The position numbers were made by a program, and so were the translations under genes. The notes beneath the pieces are model-generated. The model did no database searches, was not told the origin of the DNA, and saw nothing but the letters and a program-made list of their open reading frames with translations. This document shows, in pieces, positions 51,685 through 64,000 of a stretch of DNA of 64,000 nucleotides (the first letter of the stretch is position 1; each line of letters begins with the position of its first letter). The DNA comes from Tubiluchus corallicola (Eukaryota > Animalia > Priapulida): NCBI GenBank assembly GCA_030141605.1, contig JAQGDQ010000233.1:248001-312000 (forward strand), given 5' to 3'.

Positions 51685-54600
51685 CTAAAAAAGCAGAACA
51701 AAAGTCACAAGAAGAAAAATTGATCTTTGCACACACATATACACATTGAAGATAGTTAACTGCACTTATTTATAGTAAGTAACACAGTTATCGTCGACTT
51801 ACGGCCACAATATGTTCCAGCAGATTGGTTGTAAGACGAAATGGATGCAAGTTTTTTATATGATTAATTAAGTTGCAGTCGGGTCGTAAGTCACATAGGT
51901 TGTAAGTAGATGACTATCTGTATACAAATCCTACTGCAGCACTGTTACTAGTTACCATTATATTCATCAAGCACAATATGTTCTGCAAAAATTAGGCAGG
52001 TGAATGTTCTATACAAATCGGCAGTTAATAACAATTATTTTCAGAATGAAGTTTATCTGTTCCTCAGACAAACTACAACTAATACCAGTAAATTTTGTTA
52101 TGGTGATCAACTGCACATCAGGTGACATACTTTTGTTTATTATAAATGCTCTTCCTTACCTTTGTCAGTTCAAGATTTTCACTCAATGTTACTTGTTGTT
52201 GCTGTTCACGTCTTTCTTTCATCATCTCCATGTCTTTCAATAACCGTTTCTTCAAGTTATACTTGTTGTACCCATTGGTTCCTGTCAGTCCATCCTCTGT
52301 CACATCTGAATTATTTCTACTGCCAAAACCATCTAAGTTGCTGGTTTCAAGTGAAAGTGCTGCTTTATTATCACTACCGCTATCCTCTCTGGATACCAAT
52401 TCTTCCTTTATAAATTGAGACGGTGATGAAGATTCAGTAAAGTTAGTGCAGCCCATGTTTTGATCACGTAATGACTCGTTCCTACATAAAAAATACATAG
52501 TATAATGAACTGGTGGCATGCCTGACGGGGCTTCTCTTTCGTGTTAAATTTTCAAACATAAATGAAAATTTAGATAAGTTATTTACTCAGTTTTTTTGTC
52601 TTGGAACTTACAAACACTAACAATAAAAAATAATCAAAATTGTACAATCAATTTTGCATTACGAGTATTTCAATTTACTTTCAAGATTAACAAATTGACT
52701 ATTGCTTACTTGGAATCTGCAGAAATGTCGCAACCTAATGAAGCTGATACAGGTGGCAGCTGTAGCGATTTCGAATTCAGCTTGGTCTGTGAAGCTCTGA
52801 AACAAATTAGGAATCATTATTGAAAATTATAGACCTGGCTATATTGAAAAAATACATAGCTTGACACCTAATTAAGTACTGTTTAAGTACTCTTCCTAAT
52901 TATTTGTGAAGAGCATTTATGTTATTTAGACTATCAATATCAAGTAAAACTAATAGTATCACTCAGAGTCCTTTATAACTAATGATGCCAATCCATGACA
53001 TGGCTTCGTGCTTTTGAGAAGAGATGGCGTTGGCATGCAACATGTAAGGCGATGTCTACGTGAGAATGTAGACCAAGACAAATTTGTATCCGGAGCCCAT
53101 TATCGCGTCTGGAAGCTGATCGTAATTCAGATAAAAAGTGCGTTATTTTAATGAATGATGTATTACGCATCAGCATTTCTGCTAAATAAAAACTTCTGTC
53201 TCCAAGCAAGCAGCTATCTTTTGATTCCCTTCCTACACCTTTTACAAAAAACCCTCAGGACAGACACATGATAAAGATAATTTCGTTTGAGCTAGGCCTA
53301 ATTAAAGCCAAAGCACAATTATGTATTACACACTTTGTAATGTTACATGGATTAACATCACTGATACACACACGTAAGCCTACAGCTAAACCTAATCAGA
53401 CGAAGACCATATAGCTTGGTACGTAAGCGCCAGCCTCGTTTGCATTCAGGTTGAAGGGCTGAAAAGCAACATGCGAACATCGTGGTCGCATACCCCGATA
53501 CAGCCAATATAGCATTTCACGCCATAGCAAAAATGTTAGCATGTTTTTGCTAGCGGTTATGAAACTCGTGGGGTTACAGTAAGTTCAGGCAAACATATTC
53601 GTACAATGTGTTTGAAATTGTAATTTATGGCCGACCGAACGGATAATAAAAATAGTTGCAATTTATGAAGCTGCTTAAATTCGAATGTGAAATAGGTCGG
53701 ATGTCACCAGTTCAAAGCGGTTCGACTAGCCAAACACAAATTTGATATACTTTTATGCGCTAGCAAATGAAAACAATATAAAAACAAAGCAAAATTGTCA
53801 TACAAAAACAAAGCCTTGATAAAAAAATTTGAAGAGGCGAAGTAAAAGGAAACGCTAAACTAAAAGAATGTATGAGAATTAATTTGCGAAAAAGAAAACA
53901 TATTAGGGGCAAGAGAAAGGGAAAGAGATAGGGAGATGTAGGCGAGACAGATAAAGAAAGAGCGAAAGAGAGGAGTTTTTAAATCTCTTAGATTGTCACG
54001 TTAACAAGACGATAAAATAAGGCTGTACGAAAAACGTATTCAGAATATTGATAATGCGAATATCTGAATATAAAGCATATTTTATAGATTATTTAGTCTC
54101 TGTAAATTTCGTGTACGATATACGATTTTTCCCAGTTTAAAACCTTTTTCTAGACTTGATATTAGTGCTGTACTTTCTACGATGTATTTTAATTTTCTAT
54201 TGGCAAATAACGTTAATTATCGATTATACAGAATAAATTTCTTTCACTCTCGGTTTATAAATAATACATAAACAAACGCAAAATATTATCGCTATCAATA
54301 AATAATTATGATGACAAATATTTCAGATTAAAATCTCAAGGTAATAAGACAACCGGTCGTAACCACGAGATAGTCCGTGAATTGCGAGTATCCGCTGTCT
54401 CGTCCGAATGCACGAAATCTAAACTATAGAATGCGGAGCCAAAAGTACTTTCGGTCATAATTTCGGGATTTGGGCTATTTGGCATTTTGCGTAAGACAAA
54501 AATTGCAAAAATAAAAAAATGTAATCAACTTACAATGCAAGGGTTAACGATCAAACCAGTAAATAAACTTATTCGTTAAATATAATGCATTTGAGACTTA

Positions 54601-54970
54601 GCTGCCTCTGTCTATAGACGCGCAATATATACGGTAGAGAACATATGTTTCACCATTTGTTCATTTTGGAACAGGCATTCAATCAATTAATTGATAAAAT
54701 CCAATTAAAACGCGTTACAAATAAATTTACATGTTGTAAATATATATAGGCTGCAAATTAATTCCTCCTGACTGTAATTCATCATTACTGTATACGTAAA
54801 AAGTACCTCTGGCATTTTTCCGCTTTGTCCAACGTAATTCCAGAGCTCCATGGTCGAAATGCAGATAATCTTTGTAAAGGCAGTTGATACCACAGTCCGT
54901 AAGGGTTGTAATACGTGGGTAATCTCTCATATTTCCCTCTTTTCACGTTTTCCCATTCCTCGTGTGTTAA
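51397..54970 (-). CDS. SKI: SKI/SnoN-family transcriptional co-repressor, 3' part (5 coding exons, ~317 aa); upstream exon(s) beyond the window
   Basis: Exons 54970-54807, 53055-52963, 52796-52710, 52481-52160, 51684-51397 splice in frame (954 nt). QRLSAFRPWS matches the c-Ski QRLSAFRPWSP motif as I recall it; HGLASLVIKDS resembles Ski HLPALIRDS; the C-terminus is a long coiled coil. No Ski_Sno/SAND-domain exon was found in the window. SKI versus SKIL cannot be resolved. Confidence 0.75.
51785..51920. mobile_element. Short Tigger-like MITE in the last SKI intron
   Basis: cagttatcgtcgacttac ... gtaagtagatgactatctg|TA, imperfect TIRs. Confidence 0.5.
52160..52481 (-). CDS. SKI: SKI-family exon, Ser-rich linker and start of coiled coil
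   Basis: Open frame from NESLRDQ to ENLELTK; donor AAG|gtaagg. Confidence 0.8.
52710..52796 (-). CDS. SKI: SKI-family exon (ASQTKLNSKSLQLPPVSASLGCDISADS)
   Basis: tttcag/gtaagc; phase 2-2. Confidence 0.7.
52963..53055 (-). CDS. SKI: SKI-family exon (HRLTCCMPTPSLLKSTKPCHGLASLVIKDS)
   Basis: Acceptor ctcacgtag, weak donor GA|gtgata; symmetric phase 2-2. Confidence 0.55.
   Translation of the reverse strand, partial: TSPYMLHANAISSQKHEAMSWIGIISYKGL
54807..54970 (-). CDS. SKI: SKI-family exon containing QRLSAFRPWS
   Basis: Strong acceptor tttcttctgtag, donor AG|gtactt; LTHEEWENVKRGKYERLPTYYNPYGLWYQLPLQRLSAFRPWSSG. Confidence 0.82.
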
Positions 54971-55002
54971 CTACAGAAGAAATAAAATACACTTAAATTT
55001 AA

Positions 55003-55572
55003 TAGACAATGTAAATAATTCAGTGCATATAAACCGTATTTACCATTATAGTAGATGAACATTTATGGTAAATACGGGTCTTTCTGTTTGTTAAATCGCA
55101 TCATGACATATACAAGTTACATTAAAGAAACATGCGTAAAGGAGTGAAGCTGGAAGCTTTGTCCACAACCTGCATGGTAATCCTGGTTTTACGGTACAAT
55201 TTATGAAAAAAACAGGCTCGTCTGAAAACAAAATAGTTCAATATGCGAGATTACGTGAACGAATGTACAACGCTGATATTCTTCGTTTTCTAGACAATGT
55301 AAATAATTCAGCGCATGTAAACCGTATTTACCAATACGGTAAATGAACATTTATGTTAAATATGGGTCTTTTTGTCTACCAATCGCATCGCGACATATAC
55401 AAGTTACATTAAAGAAACATGCGTAAAGGAGTGAAGCTAAAAGCTTGTGTCCTCAACCTGCATATTCTGATTTTACGGTACAACTTATAAAAAAGCGGGC
55501 TCATTTGAGAACAAAATAGTTCAATATGCGAAACTACGTGAACGAATATGCACAACGCTGATATTCCTCGTT
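55003..55572. repeat. Tandem duplication, 288-bp period x2
   Basis: Units start tagacaatgtaaataattcag at 55003 and 55291. Confidence 0.92.
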
Positions 55573-58500
55573 AACGAGAGCTGACGCATGCGTACTGAGG
55601 CTGTGCTGTAATAAGCTAATAACGGTAATGATCAACATTATCAAAAACATAGAATCACTCTCATTCAATTTTACTATTAATTTATCATTAATTTACCATT
55701 AAATTACTATTCACTCGAATTGGTACAAAGTTCATTCATGTAGACAATCAGGTATCAAATTAACTGTAATTTAATCAACAGTTAAAGATAAAGATTAAAA
55801 TTCAGGCACAGTTTTTTTGGCGTGGTGCTACTACCTCCAAGGAGATGTTACAACCCTGTCGTGCTCCTTGAAAATGCATAAAATTATTGTTATTCTCTGA
55901 ACTAGGAATATGGAAATAGTACCGCTCCATTTTGCGATGGTCACGTGTGCAAGGTTAAATGGCTTTGAATTTTAATAGGTACAAATTTTAGTAGAAATGC
56001 TGATTTTTTGATTCACTGACAAAAGGCTCAAACGGAGGGACAATAAGACTACGAAAAACGGCGGTCTAGCACTGCTTTGCAAGAAGTTCAGCTCCTGCAT
56101 AAGAACCGGAGGGGACAGACAATCTTTATAGACACTTCCGAACACAACTTTCTAAAGAAACTAAAAATAAAGATAAGCGACGCTAAACAAATAACGATGT
56201 TTGAACGACGAGGAATTTCACACGGAATCGCCATGACCTTGTGAGAGAAAAAAACCAGTTTGTTGAGTCGCTGTCGATATGAGCAGCAAAGTATCTCTCT
56301 TATCGCTTGCAAAAGTAAAACACCTTAAAGTCACCTTTAGTTTTAAGACATTATGAACCGAGGGGCCAGCCAGTATGACAATAAGAAACCTTGCTGTCAG
56401 CTTGTAGGGAAGCTATTTTCCTGGAAAATGACGTGTAAACACCTTTTTATTCAGGCTTAAGCAGAGTTCATACAATTGGGATTTGAAATTTCGTCAAAGG
56501 TGACGTATTTTCTGATGATCAAATAAAATACAAGCCTATAGCTTTAGCTGTATTTATAAAGATTTTAAGCCACAGCCATTACTTATCTAAAAGTCAAGCT
56601 AAAATACATAATATAACGGATACTTCGTTTTATTGAGTTAAGCTAGCCATTTCAATAAGACGAACTTTACCCGTGCGTTCAACTCAATTTTTCATGAAAA
56701 TCGAAAACACGCAGTTCCAGGAATTCACCGACATCGAGTGAGATTTGCGCAATTGCGCACTACGCCAGCTATGAGGCCTATAGATCTAGAAAATGATAAA
56801 TGGTTTCGCGATTTCATGGAATTCTTTCTTTTCCGAAATGGTTAATAAGACGATCGTTCATGTAACTTCTGTTAAGTTAACTTGTACTGACATTTAATAA
56901 GCTAGAAGGTTTTCAATAGAAAGCAGTCAATTAATACATGTACGTGCTATGAATCGCAAGCACACGATCATAATGTGGAGATAAAAACTCACATGTAGGT
57001 GGTATAGAAAATTCGTAGTAGGTTAAGCTGTAGTGATAAAATATAATTTACAGATAAAATTTCAACTAAATGTCTATATTAAATACAAGGTATAATTTGT
57101 CTTCGATGGAACCTTGCCAACTAATTACAGCTTTGTAACTTGGTATCACGTATTATTCATGATTATAAATGACCATAGACACTTTATATAAACTATTATA
57201 AACCTCAAAAAGCAGTTGTACAAGGAAAAGCATGAACTGAAAACAGACAGTCGCGTGTGGACATCATATTCTACTCTGTTAATCAATGAGAACACAGCGG
57301 CGGGCGTATAGAGTAGTAACTGTAACGACTGCATTGCTAAGAGAAGAGCAAGCGAACTTTGCGTGACCCAGCTATTACAGCGCTTGAGCGCTGCTGGCTA
57401 CTATCCAGCGAACATACATTTACATTTTGCTTGGTCAGGCCAAGGCACCTGCGTGGGAGAACATTCCAGAATATATTTAATACTGCACAACCCTAAATTT
57501 GTGCGTGAAGACAAGAACCCCCAGAAGAAAATATATGGCGAGCGATGTCTGCCAATTTAGATGTTTATGATTTTATTGCAGAAAGCCGTCTATCGAACCA
57601 TCCATTTGCAGAGAGCAGCAATAAAACAGTCCTTGAAGTTATGCTTCGCAGATATTTTCGAGGCTTACCAGACAGTGCAGCCACATCCTAATTTCACATT
57701 TGCTATACAGACTTTTCAATATAGCTGTTTATACCTTCCAGTATTCTCGGTACAGACTCAGTCAATGTAATTTTACTTATGTTTCTATTAAAATGTACAA
57801 ATGTCTGAAATCGACTGAAACTGAAAAGTTTCTTAATAGGCTCAGTTCTCAAGCAACGTGAACTCGCTTTCCCGCAGTGAATAAACAGAGATTGGACTTG
57901 GCATGATACAAACTGGATAGTAAGCAAAAAGACTTACACCAGATTTTACCAAAGGTCGACAAGATCAAGAAAGCTGGATACCTATACTTACTTGCTACAT
58001 TGTTACACATACCTACTCGAACTCCCAAAAACGGTATAACGATTTCAAGAATTAAAAAAACTCCAAAAAGTTTAGCTACCTTAAGATCACGTCGCGGGCG
58101 ACCTGCATATTCCTTGAAATTTTGCTCGGCTGTTTCAGTTTTCTATTTTAAGTTTGTTCAAAGTTCCAAACTTACAATTCCAAAATAACAGTACCTAGCT
58201 ATCCTACTGTAGTACAGTGAAAATGTATTTTGGACAACTTTGAGCAAGTAAAACCGCTGTTCATAACATCTATTCACAGTTCATTCTCGGAAAGAGCGTG
58301 TCTAATATTTGCGGGACTAGCGGTTCTTTACCTGTCTTGAGAACAGATTTCTTTTCGCCCAATATGTGCAGAGACAAAGTAGATGATAATGATGTTCAGA
58401 ACTGTTGTGACAATATCCAGGCCTCTGGTCTCATAGGGCAAGAGTGGTATCCAGCTCTTAAGCTGAAAAGTTGTTACGACTGTGTTTTCAGGTAATTCAC

Positions 58501-60144
58501 AAGTATGTTTGCGTACAACCTTTTTAGTCTACTAACTGCTTCATAAAAAATCCATAAAACCGTATAGTATAGACCTATATAATATTACATACTATATTTA
58601 ACATTGTGTATAATTTGTAAAGTTAGCTATTTCTAAAACATCCGGAGAGAGAAAAGCTTCTCAGTTTGATAAATTCGTGCGTGTTTAACGTGGCCTAGAT
58701 TAACGGACGCGATTTACGACTAATACACGGGTGTCATTAGCGGTAAGGCGGAATTTGGAAAGTAAATACATTCGTCAAAGCGATGTGCTTGGTAAATCGT
58801 GATGCGAAAACGCTTTTCTCTATGAAGCACACGCACATACGCACGTGTAACGTGATCTTCTATACAAGACTGCAAAAAGCTTAGCTACTTGATGCATGTA
58901 ACATGTGGGCTTCCAAACAATAGCTCGCAGATTCAGACGTAGTTTTAAAGCACAAAAGAAAATTATTCTATGGTTAAATAAAAGCATATTAGCGCACAGT
59001 AATGACAGAACATTCAACGATGTTTCATAATTAAATAATTTTAATCTGATAACATTTCAAGCTATGTACACTGTATGATTTGCCTTAGCATTCAATCTTT
59101 TTGTACGACAGAAAGACCTGTGCAAACACTTTAAGCAGAATGAAGTTTTCACTGGTCAGTAATTTTTAACTACTTGTTTCCTTGCATGGACCTTATTGCA
59201 AAAACAGCGTTGACATTGCAGTCTTGTATCAGATGAAAACATTCATAACTAATTCAAAATGTCGTTCAAAAAATCTCGAACCGTGGCTGATGCTCGGGAG
59301 AAAACTCCAAGGAGATTATACGCAGACAACCTTTAGAGGCACGCCACGCTGGCTTCGCAAAAATGCTCTCTGTAATTATAAAGAGCAGCACCGGCCGCGT
59401 GACCTGATTTTTTATCGGTTATTTTAGACACGAATCCATTCCGCAGATTATTTTCCAGCGTCATGACAAAACGCGTTCAGCTGCAGCTTAAAAAATCGTT
59501 AACCAACGTGGTGGGGTTGTGATGTACGTAGCCTAATTAATGCTATGCATGAAAGCTGCAGTGTAGCTTCCTCGATCGAAGCTTTGTATAAGCTAATACG
59601 AGTTTGCAACGGGTATTTTCAATCAAGGAAAAAGCGACAATAACACGTGAACGACAACGGGAGGGGTATAAACGGTAAAAATTGCGAAGAGGTGTTCACG
59701 ATGGTATGATAGTGTTTGCAATGAAAGTTAATAAGCACAGAGCTTATTTAGAAAGTGAGGCGCGAAGTAATGGGCCACAAAAAGCCCATAACTTTAATTG
59801 CTGAACAAAAAATATGAAAGTTAAACCACGCAAACAAAATCACTTGCCAGAGCGATAAATTTTATTATGGTCTTGTTTCTAGATTATTAGAGATACGATG
59901 AACCTGTAGTCGTAAATATCTGTGGCCTCATTTAAGCCAACAAAGACGCAAATATGAATTCAGACATTATCAGTGTAGACACTGTCTCAGTGTTGTGCAC
60001 TATGCATCCGCACTATCAAACCCTTTTCGAGATGACTGGTCAGTCATGGCAGACCAATAATGTTCAGGAAAATTAATGCAAATGCATGCAGGAATTATTA
60101 ATAGCGGGACTAGCCAAACCCCACAAAAAGAATTTTGTGCACAA

Positions 60145-61035
60145 ATCAACACACAACCCACACCACACTACTCCACCACATCACACTGCACAGCACCACA
60201 CCATACCACTCCACCTCATCGCACCACACTGCACCACACAATACCACCTACACACCACACCACCCACACCATACCACTGCACCACCCACGCACCACACCA
60301 CACCACCCACACCATAATACTCCACCACATCACACCACCCACACCATACAACTCTACCACATCACACCACACCATACCACTGCAGCACACCGCACCACCC
60401 ACACACCACACCACACCACCCACACCATACGACTCCACCACATCACACCACACTGCACCACACCACACCATACCACTCCACCACATCACACCACACTGCA
60501 CCACACCATACCACTGCACCACTCACGCACCACACCACACAACCCACACCATAATACTCCACCACATCACACTGCACAGCACCACACCATAACACCACAC
60601 TGCACCACACCACCCACCCACCTACACAAAACACCACCCACACCATACCACTTCACCACATCACACCACACCGCACCACACCATACCACTGCAGCACACC
60701 GCACCACCCACACACCGCACCACATCACCCACACCATACGACTCCACCACATCACACCATACCACTGCACCACACCACACCGCACCACCCACACACCACC
60801 CACACCATAATACTCCACCACATCACACCGCACTGCACCACAACACCCACCCACCCACACACCACGCCACCCACTCCATACCACACTACCCACACCACAC
60901 CCCACACACCCTATCACCCCACCACACCATCCATAGCACAACACACAAAGCACACCACCACATCACACCACATCAAACCCACCACCTCACGTGGTGATCA
61001 TGATGTTGATGATGATGGTGATGATGATGGTGGCA
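60145..61035. repeat. CACCA/CAC-rich low-complexity satellite followed by a (GAT/GGT)n tract
   Basis: Direct reading; source of the His/Thr/Pro-rich spurious ORFs. Confidence 0.93.
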
Positions 61036-61389
61036 ACGATGACGACACCTATAGCACAAGCACCAACAGCACAGCATTGCAACAAAACCATTCCAAACAT
61101 TTTTCACAAAGTTGAAACTATGTGCTATAATATAATAAATAGCAAAGGCCCCGCAAAAGATTTTGCATAAAAAACCACGTGTAATCAATAATACGCGAAC
61201 GTCCTACACAGTCCTCATTTATAACACAACGCCCGTAACATCCTGCATACCGTTTGTTTAACTAACGCAAACCCGTAGCAGGCAGCTTTTTGCTGAATTA
61301 AAGTTATAAGATTATAGACAGAATACAATGGATGACGTCACAACAATGCCTTTGCGTCAATAGTTTTCTAAGCGAAAATTGCCGAAAAT

Positions 61390-61955
61390 AGAACTCCTAA
61401 CTAACTCGTTGATACTCCTCTCGGTGGACCTGCCCTAAAATATAGCCCACATCATCGTGTAGCCCTGTCCATCCTCTTTGTAAAGAGCTATATATCTCCT
61501 TCCGAGAGTCCCACCGGGCGCCGCTAGAACGTTTTTTCCGCAGGCTGTTTGGTCAAAATTTCGAAAAAATCGCGAGTTGGGTCCGGGAAAACGCCCGTTG
61601 CGGGACCCCGTGGCCCTCTCGCAAATTCTAAATATGCCTACTACACGCACCGCTGAACGGGCTATCTATCCATACCCAGCACCACCCTCGACCCGTTCCC
61701 GTTCTCTACATCTCAGCCGTATAACTTTTGCAAAAAACGGCCGAAAAACGGCCATTTTGGGAGGTTTTTCGCCCCCCGTTCCTCCCGGTGGGCCCGATTC
61801 GAAAAATAAACCATCAATGGCACGACACTAGATCGAGACCTTTCGTTTGATATATAAATCGCCGCAAATGGTGCCCTCGTCCGGGCTGTAGCCTCGAATC
61901 TTATATATATATAAATAAATATATATATATACCAAGAATATTAATATAATAGCGG
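61390..61955. mobile_element. GC/CpG-rich interspersed element ending in a (TA)n tract, possibly a Helitron-derived non-autonomous element
   Basis: Abrupt GC/CpG-rich block ending in a microsatellite and attaatataatag; canonical TC/CTAG termini not confirmed. Confidence 0.4.
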
Positions 61956-62454
61956 GATCCTAACGCTCAACTAGTGACTGTTTTTCTTATCAAGACGTTT
62001 TTAGCAAGCACCCACATAGTGCAATTTTTCCATGCATATATTCAATCAATGGAATACACACATGCAGGCTCAACATTAGTATGCAATGGTGACTGTTTAT
62101 AAAGGAAGGAGGTGAGATTATGAGTAAATAAGAAGGAAAACTGGGTAACTAGAGCAAAGGGTTGACGCATTACTAAAGGCCCCATGCGCAGTAATTGGCT
62201 TCCGTTTAAATAATTGATTACAAATTTTATCCGAAGCGAAAAGCATCATATCTGGCAAATAGAATAAGAAAGTCATTGGTTATTTGGCATTTTGAAGGAC
62301 AGAGTAGATTACGGGTCAAGAAAAGTAGAAATGACAGTATGCACTCTTAGCATCCGACACACAAGAATAAGTTTCACACATGAAGCTGTATAAGACTCGT
62401 CTGAGACTGAAATAGAGTGCGACCACTTATATGCTGCCAATAGCAAAAGTTAAC

Positions 62455-62704
62455 AGACGGTTTGGTCTAGTGGTAACACGTCCGCTTTCCGTCTGGGGCC
62501 GGGTTATACCAAAGACTTTAAAAATGGTATCTGCTGTTGTCTTGCCTGGCGCGTGGTATTTAGGGAAAAGTGGGGCAACCACAGTCTCTGTTATGTAAAT
62601 GCAGATTGTTATTTACAGTCGGTCCAAAAGCTCTTTGAAGCTTATATTAATTATTTATCCGAAAAGCCGACTTTAAATAAAGATTATTATTATTATTATT
62701 ATTA

Positions 62705-62706
<2 letters not shown>
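62455..62706 (+). mobile_element. tRNA-derived SINE with a Meta-like core
   Basis: A-box tggtctagtgg, B-box apparently deleted, core gggttataccaaagactttaaaaatggtatctgctg, AATAAA and a (TAT)n tail. Confidence 0.75.
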
Positions 62707-62736
<30 letters not shown>

Positions 62737-62803
62737 ACTGCTACTACAACTACAACTACAACTACAACTACAACTACAACTACAACTACTACTACTACTA
62801 CTA
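62684..62803. repeat. Compound microsatellite (TAT)n(TGC)n(TACAAC)n(TAC)n
   Basis: Direct reading; continuous with the SINE tail. Confidence 0.95.
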
Positions 62804-64000
62804 CCATTCTATGAAAACGAAATTGCAGGCAGACGCAGTCCCTATTATGATAAATTAACTCATGTACCGAGAAATGATTAAAAATACGCAAAATAAATCT
62901 ACTGTATATAACTAAAGCATTACGCCTGTGGGCATATGACATTCAGATTGTAAGGTATAACCCAAAGAGACTTCTGGTAGGTGTATGTAGTTGAGAGCCT
63001 TTCTATAAAGTCTTACGCTTATTCAATTATTTATATGCTCTATAATACTCTATTATAAACAAATGAATTGCGAATATCGCAGAATTACTATCAAGACTCA
63101 GAAGACCCTCATACGGCGTCATTGGCGTAGTTTGTTACATCGTTAATTGTTATTTGTGTTATTGCTGTGTTTCATGATTTATTGTATTATTTGTATTAAT
63201 TTTTGATGTGTATATGAACTTTGTGAAGTTTGAAATAAAATATTAAATATAAATCTAAAAATACGAGATACGCATTTATAGTAGAACACGGCAATAACAC
63301 ATAGAGCCTAATAATCATCCTCACACATCTGCACATTTTTACTTGGCCTAACATTCTTAATTTTAACAAAAATATTTAAATTTTAGGTTCTTCAGACAGC
63401 CACATGTAAAACATCAGGTGTGTATCATCTGGTAAAGAGAAACGTACAGTAGAGCAGTTAGTACATTACATATACTGACGACTTTAAGGTGGTACATCTT
63501 AAGGTGATACCACCTTAAGCCCCTAATGCATAAATCATCTGCTTTACTACACTAGACATAACAACCTCCTAAATTCAACTGAAATCCATGTAGACACGAG
63601 CTAGAGTATTACGTTGTAAAGCTTGAAACACAGGGAATCCGCGATCAGAGCCTCCGGCTTTGTTATTTTTGGCAAAAAACGTTATTGACATGCGAAAAAA
63701 CCAGAACGACAGGCCACAGAAACTAGCGTATGTTTGTACAACTGCAGCATGTCAAAAGAGTTGGAAAGGGGTGAAAATTGCTTGCAGAAATCTAGGCTGT
63801 CTTATCGGCAGATCAGAAAATGTCCAAAAAAATGCTCATTACAGAAAAAGAAAATTGTACAAGTGCATAGAAAACATGAATATGCGTCACAAGAACCAAC
63901 TAACGGGTACGTCGGATAGGCCTATAAATATCGACTAAGCTGATTTCAGTGTTGCCAAGGGCTGTTGATCACGGCCATGTTCATTAAATTTAATGCACCA

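Noticed and set aside
60076-60953. Long His/Thr/Pro-rich and Val/Trp/Cys-rich ORFs (up to 244 aa)
   Set aside because: They are translations of a CACCA low-complexity satellite, open in most frames, with no domain or splice support
62459-62510. tRNA gene
   Set aside because: A-box only, no T-arm or cloverleaf; it continues into a SINE core
62553-62942. Poly-Tyr/Cys/Asn and poly-Val/Ala/Ile ORFs
   Set aside because: Translations of the compound microsatellite

Overview
AT-rich animal genomic DNA from an intron-rich invertebrate; an invertebrate chordate such as an ascidian is plausible but cannot be established from sequence alone. Three spliced genes were reconstructed by hand, each with GT-AG introns and consistent phases. 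(1) HEMK1/PrmC release-factor glutamine methyltransferase, + strand, 10 coding exons, 8207-19800, about 298 aa. (2) PTPN11/SHP2 (corkscrew), - strand, 15 coding exons, 43557-23282, 612 aa, convergent with HEMK1. (3) The 3' five coding exons of a SKI/SnoN-family gene, - strand, 54970-51397; its domain-bearing upstream exon(s) lie beyond the right edge. Introns and intergenic DNA contain many Tc1/mariner-pogo MITEs, a 2.36-kb MULE-type element with a 9-bp TSD, a decayed Chapaev3-type transposase, RTE and CR1 LINE fragments, a Meta-domain tRNA-SINE and tandem repeats. Most ORF-track entries are spurious. The most notable observations are an A-B-A'-X-B' duplication/deletion scar inside HEMK1, substitutions in the SHP2 C-SH2 signature residues, and the MULE next to PTPN11 exon 2. 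I found no convincing wholly new biological system.
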